64,000 nt of DNA. It comes from Bugula neritina (lineage: Eukaryota > Animalia > Bryozoa). The position numbers and the translations under genes were made by a program. This document shows positions 49,701-63,031 of the stretch, piece by piece. The stretch covers positions 22,849,319-22,913,318 of the forward strand of contig OZ037768.1 of the NCBI GenBank assembly GCA_964035545.1, read 5' to 3'. How positions within the stretch are numbered: the stretch's first letter is position 1; each line of letters begins with the position of its first letter. The notes under the pieces were generated by a model. That model saw only the letters and a list, made by a program, of their open reading frames with translations, searched no databases and was not told the DNA's origin.

Positions 49701-52700
49701 CCTCTATTGAGTTTTGCTGACTTTGTACACAGTTGTGCTGAACTGAGAAAAGCAAAGAACTACAAACAAGTGGCTAAGCATCAGTATTTTAGCATTTTGA
49801 GAATTCTTTCACTAATTTTTGGTTCTGTGTTGTTAGTATATGTGACACTTGGTAATTTCGGTATCACTTTTGCTAAAAGAAAACATTTAGTATACTGTGG
49901 CATCACATGAAATTTTAATAAAATTAGGAAAATCTTACAGATACCAATTAAAGGAAAACTACATACTAACCCAGTACTAGTACATGTTTATAACTTTGGT
50001 TATACTAAAATATACTCTCTCTTCATCATTTAAAATAACTAGTTGAAATGTTTAGCAATAACACAATGATATGTTTTGTGACTTCGAGTCTAATGAAAGC
50101 TTTAATGGGTTCATTGTTTTCACCGAGTGTTCATAGCTTTATTCACCTCCCATCATAAACTGACTTAGCCTGACATTCTTATAACGGTAATATGTTTTAG
50201 TACGGGTGGTGTGACCGCGAACCTAACAGCTGCTGTCACATGGCTCTGTGAACTTACTGTGTTGTTATTATTGTAATAGTCCACCACACGATATACACTA
50301 TACACTATACACACGCAGCAGTAGTGACATTCTATAGCTTGCAGTAGGCACGACTGCTGCCTGACATTTGGCATCTTTGACCCCGTGTTTGCAGGTTACA
50401 TCAACAGCTTCTCTACTCGCTATTCAGTCATACTTTAGCTTCTCTCTCTGCTCCATCTACTTTGCTACGTCTTGAAGAGTTTAATTTATTTTATACTATT
50501 TTCAATATTTTGTAATTCATTCATGTTTTTGTTGTTGGAATTTTTTGTGTAAGTTTTGTTGGTGTTGTGCCAAATAGCTAGATAACATCTGCTGAGTATA
50601 TTATTATTGCATTTCACCAAGACCTCTTCAAACTCTCTCTACAGATGATGAAGAAGGTGAGGCAAGAGCTCATGGTAACCTAGGATCTGCGTACTTCTCC
50701 AGAGGTAACTATCGGGAGGCATTGAACAACCACCGCCGGCAGTTGAAGTTGGCGATGAAACTTAAGCTAAGTTCTACAGCATCGACAGCACTGAGTAACT
50801 TGGGTCACGTTTACACGGCTATCGGTGACTACCCCAATGCTCTAGCCAGCCACAAACAGTGTGTGCTGCTCGTCAAACAGTCTACGGACAAGCTGTGGGA
50901 GGCGAGGGAAATCGGTAAGTCTTGTTGAACTTCTAGCCACTCACTCGAGCTACCAGAAGTATTGGATAATGGCCCATAAATTAACTTTTCTGGCAGTTGA
51001 ATTTACATTTTGACTTTTTCATGTGGATTACCAGCCTTTGAAGTCATTGAGTAACTTTGCTGAGTACTTGAAACTGATTACCTAGTTTATTGGGAGAAGA
51101 AGCTCTTTGGGGTTGGAGAGACAATTCTGATGACTGTATTTGAATGTTTGGGTCAGAAATGGTAGTGGTCTACTTGGTAGTCTGTTTTGCCCCAGTTAGA
51201 CTCGACCCACGCCTACATACCTCAGACTTAGCAACTGCTAGTCATTCTTACGTCATCTTCAAGGAATATATTATGTAATCTGATTAAAATTGTAAAACCA
51301 GGTTGTAATTTTTTGCATAATTTCTTTAAATAAGCAAATTTTATACTTTACAAAAAATTGAAAAGTTCAAATCTCCACCTGCATGGGTTTTTATTTCCTT
51401 TGAATAGTGTGAGAAAGTTTATCCATATCAGGGAATGGTGTGCATTGATCTACCATGTGTGTATTAGTATTAGTTGTATTAGTATTTAATTCTTTATTCT
51501 TAACTCCATTAACCAATTTTTGATAATATCAATATGCCCTGCAGGAAATGAAAAACTAAAATGTTTTAAGTTCGATGCAAGTTACAGTGAGCAGTGATTT
51601 GCCTTTTAATAAATAATAAAATATTTATAGTAAAATTTGTTTAATGCTAAATATCTCACAAAATACAAAATATTCACTTATGTTACTAAAACCAGTAAAA
51701 TTTTATTTTAGAAGTAGAGTTTAATATATCATCTTTTCACATCCTATATTTTTACGTCACACAATGACTCATTAGTACAACTAGGCTTCCAATGATGTCT
51801 AATAAATGTGAGAAACAATGACCTCAAATCCCGTTTTAAGGATGAGAATTTTGTTATCGGGATATGATGAAAGGTTTAGTGTTATTATTTTGCCATCTGC
51901 AGGTAATGTTGGCGCTGTGTACACTGCCATGGGTGACTTTGCCAATGCTCTAGAATGCCATAATGAACATTTAAAGATAGCCCGAGAATCTGGTGAAAAG
52001 ATGGAGGAGGCGCGGGCACTGAGTAACCTGGGCAGTGCCCACCACTACAACCGAGACTACGACAAGGCCATCAACTATCACCTGCAGGTCTTACAAGTCT
52101 CTCAACAACTCACGGACAAAACTCTAGAGGCTCGGGCGTACGCCGGCTTAGGGCACGCCGCCCGAGCTCAAAACAATTTATCTAAGGCTAAGGTGTACCA
52201 CGAGAAGCAACTGGATAATGCGTTACAAACCAAAGACAAAGCCGCCGAGAGTAGAGCGTGTTCCAATATCGGAATTGTCTACCACCAGTTGGGGGAGTAC
52301 GACGCCGCCCTTAAACTGCATAAAAAACATTTGAGTATAGCGAAGAATCTGGGTGACAGAACTAGTCAAGGAAGGGCTTATGGTAATATTGGTAACGCCT
52401 ACAGTGCCCTGTGCCAACACGAGGAGGCAATCAAGTTCCACAAACAGGAGCTGGCCATCTCCAAAGAAGTGAGTAGTGCAATACTTCAGTCACTTGTTGC
52501 CTCATAAATAACAATAAAGTGACAATAGATTTGTTGGTAGGAAGTTATGTTAGACTGTGGTCTTTGCTGTAAAATCACTGGTTAAATTTGGACATTTTAT
52601 TCTTACTGTTTATAAGAACTAGAGCTAGTTGTGGTAGGATCTCAGCCTAAGATTTGTGAACCAGGGGGGGGGGGGTGGTGGTGGTACCTGTTGTTGAGCT

Positions 52701-55700
52701 GCTCGACAATTAAGGGAAGGATTAACACTTGCTAAATCCAGTTCACCAGGGCTTAGAAACTCTCACTGTGACATGTAATATGCTGGCATTTCACTCCAGT
52801 CTACTATAATGTGGAAATTCAGTTTTCAACTTGTTGTAGTTGTAATTAAATCCTTTTTTTGGCTGAAAATTTTTTTCTGGTTGCTTTTTTGCTGTAAGTC
52901 ATGGCTTCAATGATTCATCTTTTTAAAAATGAAGTGCCAAGAAATAGTTAGCTTGAGCTTCTCAACTCTTATGGCGATTTGTCTTGGAATTTGGGCTACA
53001 AACTCAGTGAATATTTTACAACATTTAAAATAAAATTGCGACACTCCCTGTTGTTTACTTGGTGGTGTCACTCATAGTTGCTCTAAGACGCACCTGACCA
53101 AACTAACCCACTTTGACTGCCCTTTTGTTCTCCACATTCCTGCCCGGGTCTCACAGTGTAGTCAAATCGATTTGTTTGGAGCAATTAAGTGATTTCTATT
53201 GATTTTTACTAAAATAAACTATTGTTTACTGTTGTTTTCTGAGAAGCAGTTAATGATGGCCGGTGCACTGCGTGCAGTTGGTTTGTTTTTGTTGCAGCGA
53301 ATTTTCAAAAACAATAGAGTGGATAATTCTTAAAAGATGCTATGATTTTCAGTGTTGATTTTTATGAAATGCATTTCTGGTTGCTTACTGAAAGCTAATG
53401 TTTCTTTTCCAAACAGCGAGAGTTGATTTGAGTCGAGTGTCACATCTACTTGTATTTAAACTGAAAATAAGGAATTCACGGCCATTGGCGTCTGTACGTC
53501 ACGTGTTGACTGATATATTTACTTTTTTATATTTATCTGTCGTGTATTTTGGTGATTTTGGCCTGCTATATTTATCTGTTTGTTGTTGTAAAACTATTTA
53601 TATTTTTGTTTATTGATATTCACTGGGAAAAAACTTGATGGGAAAAAGTTGGTAGCTTCACCAGTTCCGGTTGAGCAGCTGTTATCACTAAACTCCCAGA
53701 GATGGTGTTTATGTCTTGCATTTCATCAAATTCTCAACTCTTTTAAACAATCCGTCAAAATTCACTCAGAAATTTCTGGAAGCCCAAGTTTATTTGTCCT
53801 CTGCCCTGATTTGTAATGTTTGTGGATTGTTTCTGTAAACATTATGGTTGTCTGCTACATAGGTCAGCGATAAACACTCTGAGGCATCCACTCACGGTAA
53901 CTTAGCTGTTGCATACCAGGCGTTGGGTATGTTCGAGCAAGCCTTGCAGCATTACAACGCCCACCTCAACATAGCCCGGGATCTGAAGGATATTGCCAGT
54001 GAGGCACGCGCCCTCAGCAATGTCGGTAACTACTACAGTGTGAGGGGGGAGTTCACTCAGGCCGTTCCTTTCTACATGCAGTACCTCCAGGTTGGTGAAA
54101 TATTGTACAGGATGTGTACTGTTGCATTCTGGTACACAGGATGTCCACTGTGGCATTCTTGTCCGCAAGATGTCCAGTATTGCATTCTGGTCTACTTTTA
54201 AAGCAACATTTTAATTAATCTATTTCACTAGAAACTGTAAAAATTGTGCCGAAAAGTCTGTATATGGTGAGATAAGGGATTGCAAATATTCAAATACTTA
54301 CGTTAGCCCTGATGTGTATATATACTATGTATAGTGTGTATATATACTATGTATAGTGTGTATATATACTATGTATAGTGTGTATATATACTATGTATAG
54401 TGTGTATATATACTATGTATAGTGTGTATATATACTATGTATAGTGTGTATATATACTATGTATAGTGTGTATATATACTATGTATAGTGAGTATATATA
54501 CTATGTATAGTGTGTATATATACTATGTATAGTGTGTATATATACTATGTATAGTGTGTATATATACTATGTATAGTGTGTATATATACTATGTATAATG
54601 TGTATATATATACTATGTATAGTGTGTATATATACTATGTATAGTGTGTATATATACTATGTATAGTGTGTATATATACTATGTATAGTGTGTATATATA
54701 CTATGTATAGTGTGTATATATACTATGTATAGTGTGTATATATACTATGTATATAAAACATATTCTATGCAATTCATAGTTGAGTCAAGAGCTGACGGAC
54801 TCCGAGGGGGAGGCTAGGGCGTGCCACTGTCTGGGATTCGCCCACTACTCTCTTGGAAGTTACAGGGAGGCTATCAGATATTACGAACAAGATTTAGCTT
54901 TAGCCAAAGATCTTAAAGATCAACTGACAATGGCTCGGGCGTACTGTAACCTGGGCCTAGCTTATAAGTCACTAGGACAATACTCTCAGGCACTGGAGTA
55001 CCAGTACAACTTCCTTCAAATCACTCATACCCTCCGGAATATTCCGGGAAAGTTCCGAGCTATGGGCAACATCGGAGATATTCTAATCAACATGCAGAAC
55101 ATGCAGGAGGCAGTTCTACTCTACAATCAGCAACTCAAGTTGGCCAAGCAGGTGAGAGGTCATTGTACTGGGCTCTGGAGTTCGCTGGAATAACATTCAA
55201 GTTTTATGATAATTTTATGATAATAATAACCATAGTTGCATTTTAAAAAAAAAAGAATTTAATTCAACGTTATTGTTAAAAACCAACTTTTAAGAGAATA
55301 TTAATTTTATGTAACCTCTGTTGACTCCCTTCTCATTTGTTATTCATAAAATATTCAACGTAAGATAGAAACTGGAATAACAGTTGGAGTGCTTCTTTAC
55401 AAATAAGGTTAGCCAATCAGGGTGTATATAACACCATGTTTATATAATAATGTATTTATTCCAAATATTGGGAAATTATGTAAGCAGCGAGTTTTCTGGC
55501 TTGCTGAATAACTTGAAGGTGTGTTAGTCACTTGTAGGGTTTCACTGTCTTCAATGTAGCTCATCCCTTCCATAGCCAACCTTTCAGCCATTATATCCAC
55601 CCTTTCACTCACTAAATCGGCCATCTTTTCACCCATTAAAGCAGTCATCTTTTCACCTGTAAAAGCAGCCATCTTTTCACCAGTTAGAGCAGCCATCTCT

Positions 55701-58700
55701 TTGCCCATTATATCCACATATTCATCCATTAAATTCCTTTTTCCCAGTTTGTTTATTATAAGATATGATCTCGGTTTTATTGGCCATCAACTCACTGCTC
55801 AGGTATGAATGCCAGAAACCCTCACAGTAGATAAGCTCTTCACTAATTACATTCCTTTCCTAATCCTCACTCTGAAAATCTTGCAATCCTACATCTAAGA
55901 TTTCACCATTATGTCCATGTAGTTGTACTTTTGAGTTTAACTTATCTACTTAAAAATTAAACCACCATTTGAGATATAATGTTCTTGCAATGTCACCACT
56001 ACTAAGGTTTTCACTTTTCACTTGCCTGTATCGTGCAAAGCTCAAAGTTCAGGCAGTATATTGGCTTGTTATACTGTCTTTGTTCTTTCCCCAAACTGGG
56101 CTGAGTTTTTGACTTTTTTGAAATGAGTTATTTACAATCTTTGGGTCAAAGGTCAATCAGCTGACTCTTCACACGAGTTTATCATCAGCTGAGAGAGTTT
56201 AACTTGGCATCCCACAATGGCTGGATGACATTCAACTATTTCAAATTTTTAATTGTTAACCAAGTTATTTTAATTAAAAGAGGAATTTTCTATATCTGAA
56301 AGTGGCAAAAAATTTTGAAATCTACAACCCATTTTACAGAATACTTTCTTCTAAGACATTCGATTTGTGATTTTTATTCACATCGAGTTATAAAGGCACA
56401 ACCTTGCTAATTATAAACATTATAGCGTATTACATACTTACAGTGTAAATATCTCATACAGTATAAGTTGAAATTATAATTTCTGCTGGTTGTTTCTAAT
56501 TTTGACACTTACTTTAGGCCAATGATCATTCACTGGAGGCAGCGGCTTATGGGGCCTTAGGCATTGCTCACCGAATTATGGGGCAGTATGACAAGGCCCT
56601 CGGCTTTCACACTCAGGAACTCAATCTACGCCAGGAACTGAACGATCTCCGAGGTGAATGCAAAGCTCACGGCAACTTGGGGAATGTACACGTCTCTCTA
56701 GGCAACTATATACAGGGTTACAAGGTAAGTACAGTTTATATACTTACTCTCAGAAACTATATACAGGGTTACAAGGTAAGTACAGTTGATATACTTACTC
56801 TAGGCAACTATATACAGGGTTACAAGGTAAGTACAGTATATATACTTACTCTCAGAAACTATATACAGGGTTACAAGGTAAGTACAGTTTATATAATTAT
56901 TGACAAGGTACATGTATTTCGTGTGTTGAAACTTGTGACGATAAACTAAAATGTTGATAATATTCAAAGCTTTAAGCGTTCCATGCAGTGTTTGTTTTTT
57001 ATTTAATGTGAAGCAAATAGTGTACTTTCAATGTTTATTGGTATAATCTCCCCTGTCACTCTACAACCTAGAATCATCTCCCCTGTCACCATCTATATAA
57101 CATAGAGTAATCTCCCCTGTCACCATCTATAGCTTGAGAATGTTATTATACAGTGCTACGAGGAGCAGCTGGAGAGAGCGAGAGAGGTGAAGGACTCGAG
57201 TATTGAAGCCCAGGCTTGCGGTAACCTTGGCATTACAAAGATAAACATGTCCCAATACGAGGAGGCTATTGGCCTGTTTGAACAGCAACTGGCCATGTTA
57301 GAGCAGGTGAGGTTTGCCTGTAGATTACCTGCGTAAGTCAGCAGTACACAGCCATTAGATAGTAGGTAATATCACTTAGCTAAGCCCTCTTTCTGGGCTA
57401 AATGCACAACATAAATCAGATTTCACTCATTACTAGGCTATTAAATGAACTATGAAGATGGAACTTTGAAGTGTTGAGTATTTATCACATGTTAACAAAA
57501 GGATTTTATTCAATTTTTCTCCTCAAGGTCAATTTATAGGCACTGCTCTCCAGTTTAAGTAGTGTTCGATTATATGAAATATTCTCGGAGTTAATGAACT
57601 GTTGCGAAATTACTTGCCTTATTCTGACAGCGAACTTTATTTTAGAAAACAAAAAAATGGGAATTATAAATTTTATCCTAATTTATCCAAAAATTTTAAA
57701 AGTTGCATAATGTAAGCCCACCACGGAAAAGTGTAGATGAACACGTGTCTTTAAAGTAGGAAATGGGGATATTTGGTGATGTGTCGCCCTATGTTGTGAC
57801 AAGTGAGATAGTCTGAGTAGTAACAACCTGCAGTACATACCCCAGACTAGCCTGAGGTCTTACATACACTGTACATATGTTACACCACCTCCTACGCCCT
57901 CTGTTATATGCTAATGAGGATTTAGGTTACGTCTGCATGTGGTTTACCTGTCAAACTGAAGGTGATGATAGAATTACCTGTGCAAAATGTCCAGCAAATA
58001 GCCAATTGTCTGTTGACTGCCAACTCTAAGATATATTACACTATAAATATATACACAGTATAACATGTGTTTATTTTATAATATATGGGAAAACTGGACA
58101 AGTATGAGAGAGTAAACTGAAATATTATTTTACATGGAAAAGCTGAGTGCCCAGGTGTTGGGTTGAATTAGGAACTGCCTATTTGTGAAATATTTTACTT
58201 CCTCTTACAGCGCATCACCTGTCTGTCTGTCCGTCTGTTCGTGTGACTGGATAGTTCACCTGGGAAATATTATGTATAAAATTCAGTCACTTAAATTACT
58301 TGAAATTTAGAGTTAGTTACTGTGATTGAGCTGCCCTGCCTGGCCTCTTTTGAGTCTTTAGATAAAATATAATATGAACTCAATCATATGTAGATAGTAT
58401 ATGATGTGTAGATATTATATAATATGTAGATAGTATGTAATATGTAGATATTATATAATATATAGATATTATATAATATATAGATATTATATAATATGTA
58501 GATAGTATATAATATCCTGTTATATGACCTTGGTTAAGGTGGTGGGCACCAGAGCCATGCTGGACAAGGGTCGGTCATTCGGGAATCTGGGAGAATGCTA
58601 CGAGCAGCTGGCAGACTTTGAAGAGAGTGTCAAATGTCACGAGCAGTACTTGGTCATAGCCCAAAACACAGCCAGTCTTATAGACCAAGACAAAGCATAC

Positions 58701-61700
58701 AGAGGTCTGGGAAATGCACACAGGTAAATGTAGGACTTGATACTTGGGCTATGTTTTGTGTCTTGAACATGTTGGTGCCTGATGTGATAATAAAAAGTGT
58801 GGTTTATGCAGATGTATAGTTTATGCAGACGTATAGTTTATACAGATGTATAGTTAATGCAGACATATAGTTTATGCAGATGTATAGTTTATGCAGACAT
58901 ATAGTTTTTGCAGAAACTATGAGTCATAGTGACTATCTAGGAGTCTTGTTTTGAATACACTTGTGTAGGGTGGAGTTTCGTACACCCTCAACTTGTATCT
59001 GTTTGTCGACAGGTCCATGGGCAATCTACAGCAGGCTCTGGTGTGCTTTGAGAAAAGGCTGGTGGTGACACATGAGCTAGAAGACAGCGTGCACAAAGGG
59101 TCAGCGTATGGCGAACTAGGGTGTCTTCACAGCTTACTGGGTAAATTCACTCTTTCTGTATCCATTCCAGGAGTTTCTCTGCTAGCTCTAACTATTTGCT
59201 AGCTCTAACTATGTACTAGCTCTAACTATGTACTAACTCTAACTATTTGCTAGCTCTAACTATGTACTAGCTCTAACTACATTGTTTGTTGTACTGCCTG
59301 TATTTCTAGAAAAAAAGGTGAATTATTTTTAAATGACTACGATGTATTTAGATAATGGTTTGAAAGGTTGTAATTGTTTGTGATTCTTGGATGCCGTCCA
59401 CTCTAAAGGTCTCACATCTCCTCAGTCCTTCATTGCCTTGTCAGCTGCATGTTTATATTTAGAAATGGTTGCTGCCTTTTAAGTATGTAAATTAGTTGCT
59501 GGCAAATACTCTGTAATTGTTTTAATATTGGTAAGATAAAATGTAGGACGTAGAGAATGTTGTGGTATGTTGTATATATAATGATTGTAAACTGTGATGA
59601 GATGTCATTGCTGAAGAGGAGGCGTAGCTTACATTAGTAGTTTACTGTTGTACTCTGTATGTAGTCTCTGCTGTATTATGGCAGGTAAATATTCTGTGTG
59701 CAGGTAACTTTGACCAAGCCATATCCTGTCTGGAGCATCAGATCACCCTGGCCAAGGAACAATCCGATAAAACAGGTGAAAGTGATGCCTGCTGCGGGCT
59801 GGGCGGAGTTTACCAGCAAATGGGGGAGTACGAGCGAGCCATTGACTTCCACAAGAAAGATCTACTTATTGCTCAGGTGTGTTGGAGGTTGTTTAACTGT
59901 GGACATCATTATTACATCTTTATGTAGCTGAATATTTATCTATTTTCCTCTTTTAGTTTTTAAATTATTTAAATATTTGAAGCGTTTATGAAATAAATTC
60001 CGTTTAAATTCGGTTGTGTTGTATCTTACGATTACCTTGCTATGAGCTAATTCCGTGTTGTACAGGAAACGAGCAACTTATCAGCACAATGCAGAGCATA
60101 TGGGAACCTTGGGCTATCATTTGAAAGTCAAGGGGACTTCCAGGAGGCCCTCAACCATCAAGAGCAGCACCTGAGTCTAGCTGCTGAGATGAATGATCGA
60201 GTCGCAAAGACTTTAGCCTACAGCAGTTTGGGTAGAATTCATCACTCACTCAGCAACTTCCCCCAAGCATCACAGGTTTGTCCAAGTTCTCAGTCTAGTA
60301 GTTGTAGTTGTGTGCTCCTTCTATCCTTCTTGTCACTGTGACTCTCAGTCTATTCTTTGAATAGAAATTTCATTTCTAGATAATCCCAATATTCAATAAA
60401 TTGTTTATTAATCACAGAAATAATGCAACAAATATAATTATTATTGGACATAATGGTTATGGGTTGGCTCATATTATTTGCTAATTTTAATTAAAAAAGG
60501 TTGTTAAGTCAAAAATGATGACTTCAGCTTTATTATTCTGCAATTGAGTTTGAACTCCATTAATTAGTTTGCGACTCCGTTTACTTAATTAGCGAGTACT
60601 ATTGTGGTGGATGTAAGATTAGTGCTGGTTGAATGGTTAGGATTACGCTAAGACTTCCTATGTTAGTATCCGTGTTGTGATGAATTGCGACTAGTGTCCT
60701 TGAACTTGTAGTACTTGAGACAAGGTCTGCAGATTGCCGAGCAACTAGGCAGACGTGAAGATGAGGCTAAGATTCGTCACCGTCTGGGTCTGTCTCTCTG
60801 GTCTGACGGAGATCTGGATGAAGCGCAGCACCAGCTGTATAAAGCAGCCGAACTGTTTGAGAATATTCGCCGTGAGGCTCACGTCTGCAGCGACTATAAG
60901 CTCTCACTGTTTGACCTTCAGACGGCCTCCTATCAGGCCTTGCAGGTTGGAGAAAGTTGCCTCTGCCATTTTATTGTTCAACTATCCTATTTATAGTATC
61001 TGTTGTCAAAACACTTTATTTTTACTGAAATTATTTATTAAGAACCCATTTATCAAGTTTTTTATCTCTGAATATGTTGTAACCTGTAAAACATGTTAAC
61101 AAAATTGAATGGTTTTTTATTGTTTTTTCAACCTTTTTTTCAGAGAGTGTTGGTTTCATTGGGGAGGCACGAAGAAGCTCTCGTTGTTGCCGAGAGAGGC
61201 AGAACACGGGCTTTTGTAGACCTGCTGTTGGAGAGACAAACTGGCGGTGATGGTATGTACGGGACGGTAGACAACACCCCCGTAACAATCGACCAGATTA
61301 TGCTGACTGTGAATAGAGCTAAGGCTACAGTGATATATTACTCCATAGCCGCTGGGTATCTCTACAGCTGGCTGCTGGTGCCAGAAAAGGGTGAGGTTTA
61401 CTTTTTATTCAGTTTAATATATTATTATAGCCAATATGTAGTTTAATTACTGTACACTCTTTCTCAATATTCTATATTTTGTACAATCTGGCATTTGAGA
61501 TGAGATTATTAGGCTCATACTCTAAAAAATGTGGAACATATTTTCTAAATACTTGTGACTAGTCACAGTGTATACTCAATGCTTGTTTGCCGCAATTGAT
61601 AGCTTTTCCTTTAAAAATCGGATGCAGTTAAATACTTATCAAAATATATGGCAACCTAGAGAATTGTTGGCACTGGTTATGTTTATAATCATGTCTACCT

Positions 61701-63031
61701 CCTGAGCCACCCTGGTTGTTAAACTCCAGAGGTAAAGGACTAAAGACTACTTTGCATGGTATGCTAGTTGTTCCAACTACTTCTACACTCCTTCTCTGCT
61801 GTGTCAAACATGGCCTATAATACAGTTTATCCAGAAACTTGCCATTGTGAAAAATGGTAATATGTGAAATATTAAGAGATTTAGTAAAATTCTTCTAATT
61901 ATTAATTAATTATTCTAATTACTATACTAATTCTTTTACAATGTTCAACAACACAATTTATACCACTGTATGTGGAAGAAGCTACACCTGGTGAGAAGTA
62001 TTGTTCACGCACTTGCACTTGCAGCAGAAGGACGTCTGCTAATGATTATTTTGCAGACTACATTTGAATTCGTGTGCTCCTGGATTACAATATCCCATAA
62101 ATCAATTCGCTGCGCTACCTCCCTATCAATCAGCTATTATGAAACCTGTCAGCTGTTAATTGATGTCACTAGGTGCCAAGTTAAAGTTTTTTCCAACACG
62201 TTATTCATTTGATTATTTATATAATACCTGTGTAGTGGTTGTATTAAAATTGTTGTCTGCTGAAATATAGAATTTTGTTTTGTGTGTAAGAAGTGTAGGC
62301 AGTATATTCATGTAATGCAATGTAGTAATATGGCAGTATATTCATGTAGTATAATGTTTACAGGTGTAGCCAAGTTCCACGAGTGCAGTGTGAATGAACT
62401 AGATCAAAGTGATTTAGACTCTGATAACGTGAGTCTAGCTGGATCTATTTCCATGCTGGACCAGTATGTTGGACACGCTAGAGAGTCTCTCGGAGTGGAA
62501 ACTCACATCCCTTCCAGCCTCTGCTCTTCCAGGTATTCACTAACTTCTACTTCATGATGCGTTTTTTCTCTTGACTTGGTGCAAGTTGCTGTAAATTCTT
62601 CCAAATCTGCTAAAATTGTGATTCAAAAACAAGTGAAACTAAACAGTGATGTAGTGTTGAGTTTACCCAATAGTCCCTGTGGTGTAATGGTTAGCATGCT
62701 AGGTTTGCAAACCCGAGGTCTCAGGTTCGAATCCCAGTAGAGGCAAAAATTTTATAGATGTCTATACTAATTCAGCAAAGTAAATGTAATGTTTATATCC
62801 TTCCTGTAGAAGCTCGATGCGTGCTGGCTCCGTGCCAAGTACGTCGGGAGTCTACAGTCAGAGTGAGACGGACAGCTGTACAGGAAGTGAGCTGGATGAG
62901 TCATGGGCCCACCAACTGGAGGAGATAAGTGGTCGTATCAACTCGGAGAATGATCGAACTGGCTTCCTGAGGATGGTGAATCGAAATCACGTCTTCAACA
63001 GCAGCAACTACAGCCTCAGTAGTTTGTTCAG
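37714..63031 (+). CDS. TTC28: Tetratricopeptide repeat protein 28, 5' part (19 coding exons; continues beyond the window)
   Basis: Exons: 37714-37758, 41210-41371, 41886-41999, 44452-44599, 48540-48812, 50645-50914, 51903-52468, 53863-54090, 54780-55151, 56518-56724, 57154-57306, 58539-58723, 59013-59140, 59704-59876, 60066-60275, 60712-60945, 61144-61390, 62364-62532, 62810-63031. Motifs: NHILYSNRSAAY, LESALLIGTCSLKLRGSVFSALSSAHW, a long GNLG-type TPR array, DYKLSLFDLQTASYQALQRVLV, AERGRTRAFVDLLLERQ, GFLRMVNRN. The C-terminal CHAT domain is not reached. Exon 1 is less certain than the rest. Confidence 0.95.
45262..45578. repeat. (ACTCAGTCTC/ACTC)n low-complexity repeat
   Basis: Degenerate tandem array in TTC28 intron 4. 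Confidence 0.85.
46630..47098. repeat. 23-bp minisatellite (GAAGGTATAACAGAGAGTATATA)n with a 184-bp higher-order period
   Basis: About 20 units; the variant block AAAGTA..TAAAAGG..AGCATCT recurs 184 bp (8 units) apart. Confidence 0.93.
48822..49159. repeat. (AGT)n-type trinucleotide microsatellite
   Basis: Starts about 10 nt after the TTC28 exon 5 donor; produces the spurious poly-S, poly-V and poly-L ORFs. Confidence 0.95.
49328..49501. mobile_element. Tc1/mariner (pogo/Tigger-like) MITE, 174 bp
   Basis: TA-CAGTGCTCCCTCATATC ... GATATGGAGGAAGCACTG-TA: imperfect 17-18-bp TIRs starting CAGT, with a TA TSD. Confidence 0.7.
54313..54753. repeat. 22-bp minisatellite (ATAGTGTGTATATATACTATGT)n, about 20 copies
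   Basis: Near-perfect array ending about 27 nt before the TTC28 exon 9 acceptor. Confidence 0.95.
56695..56894. repeat. 51-bp tandem duplication (4 copies) of the TTC28 exon 10 end and its donor site
   Basis: TACAAG|GTAAGT occurs at 56725, 56776, 56827 and 56878. Confidence 0.95.
58388..58514. repeat. About 17-bp AT-rich minisatellite (ATGTAGATATTATATAA-like)
   Basis: Array just before the TTC28 exon 12 acceptor. Confidence 0.85.
58802..58914. repeat. 17-bp minisatellite (GTTTATGCAGATGTATA-like)
   Basis: Same unit family as 22436-22709. Confidence 0.85.
59179..59280. repeat. 17-bp minisatellite (CTAGCTCTAACTATGTA)n, about 6 copies
   Basis: Array about 40 nt after the TTC28 exon 13 donor. 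Confidence 0.9.
62650..62756 (+). mobile_element. tRNA-like repeat (SINE head or pseudo-tRNA), copy 2
   Basis: GTCCCTGTGGTGTAATGGTTAGCA...GGTTCGAATCCC carries good Pol III A and B boxes, but the acceptor and anticodon stems pair poorly. A second copy is at 33369-33476. Confidence 0.7.

Noticed and set aside
55409-55729. 106-aa minus ORF with MAALTGEK repeats
   Set aside because: Explained by a 24-bp tandem repeat; no splice or domain support.
62673-62745. Functional tRNA gene (TGC in the anticodon position)
   Set aside because: The acceptor and anticodon stems do not pair properly and a diverged second copy exists; treated as a repeat.
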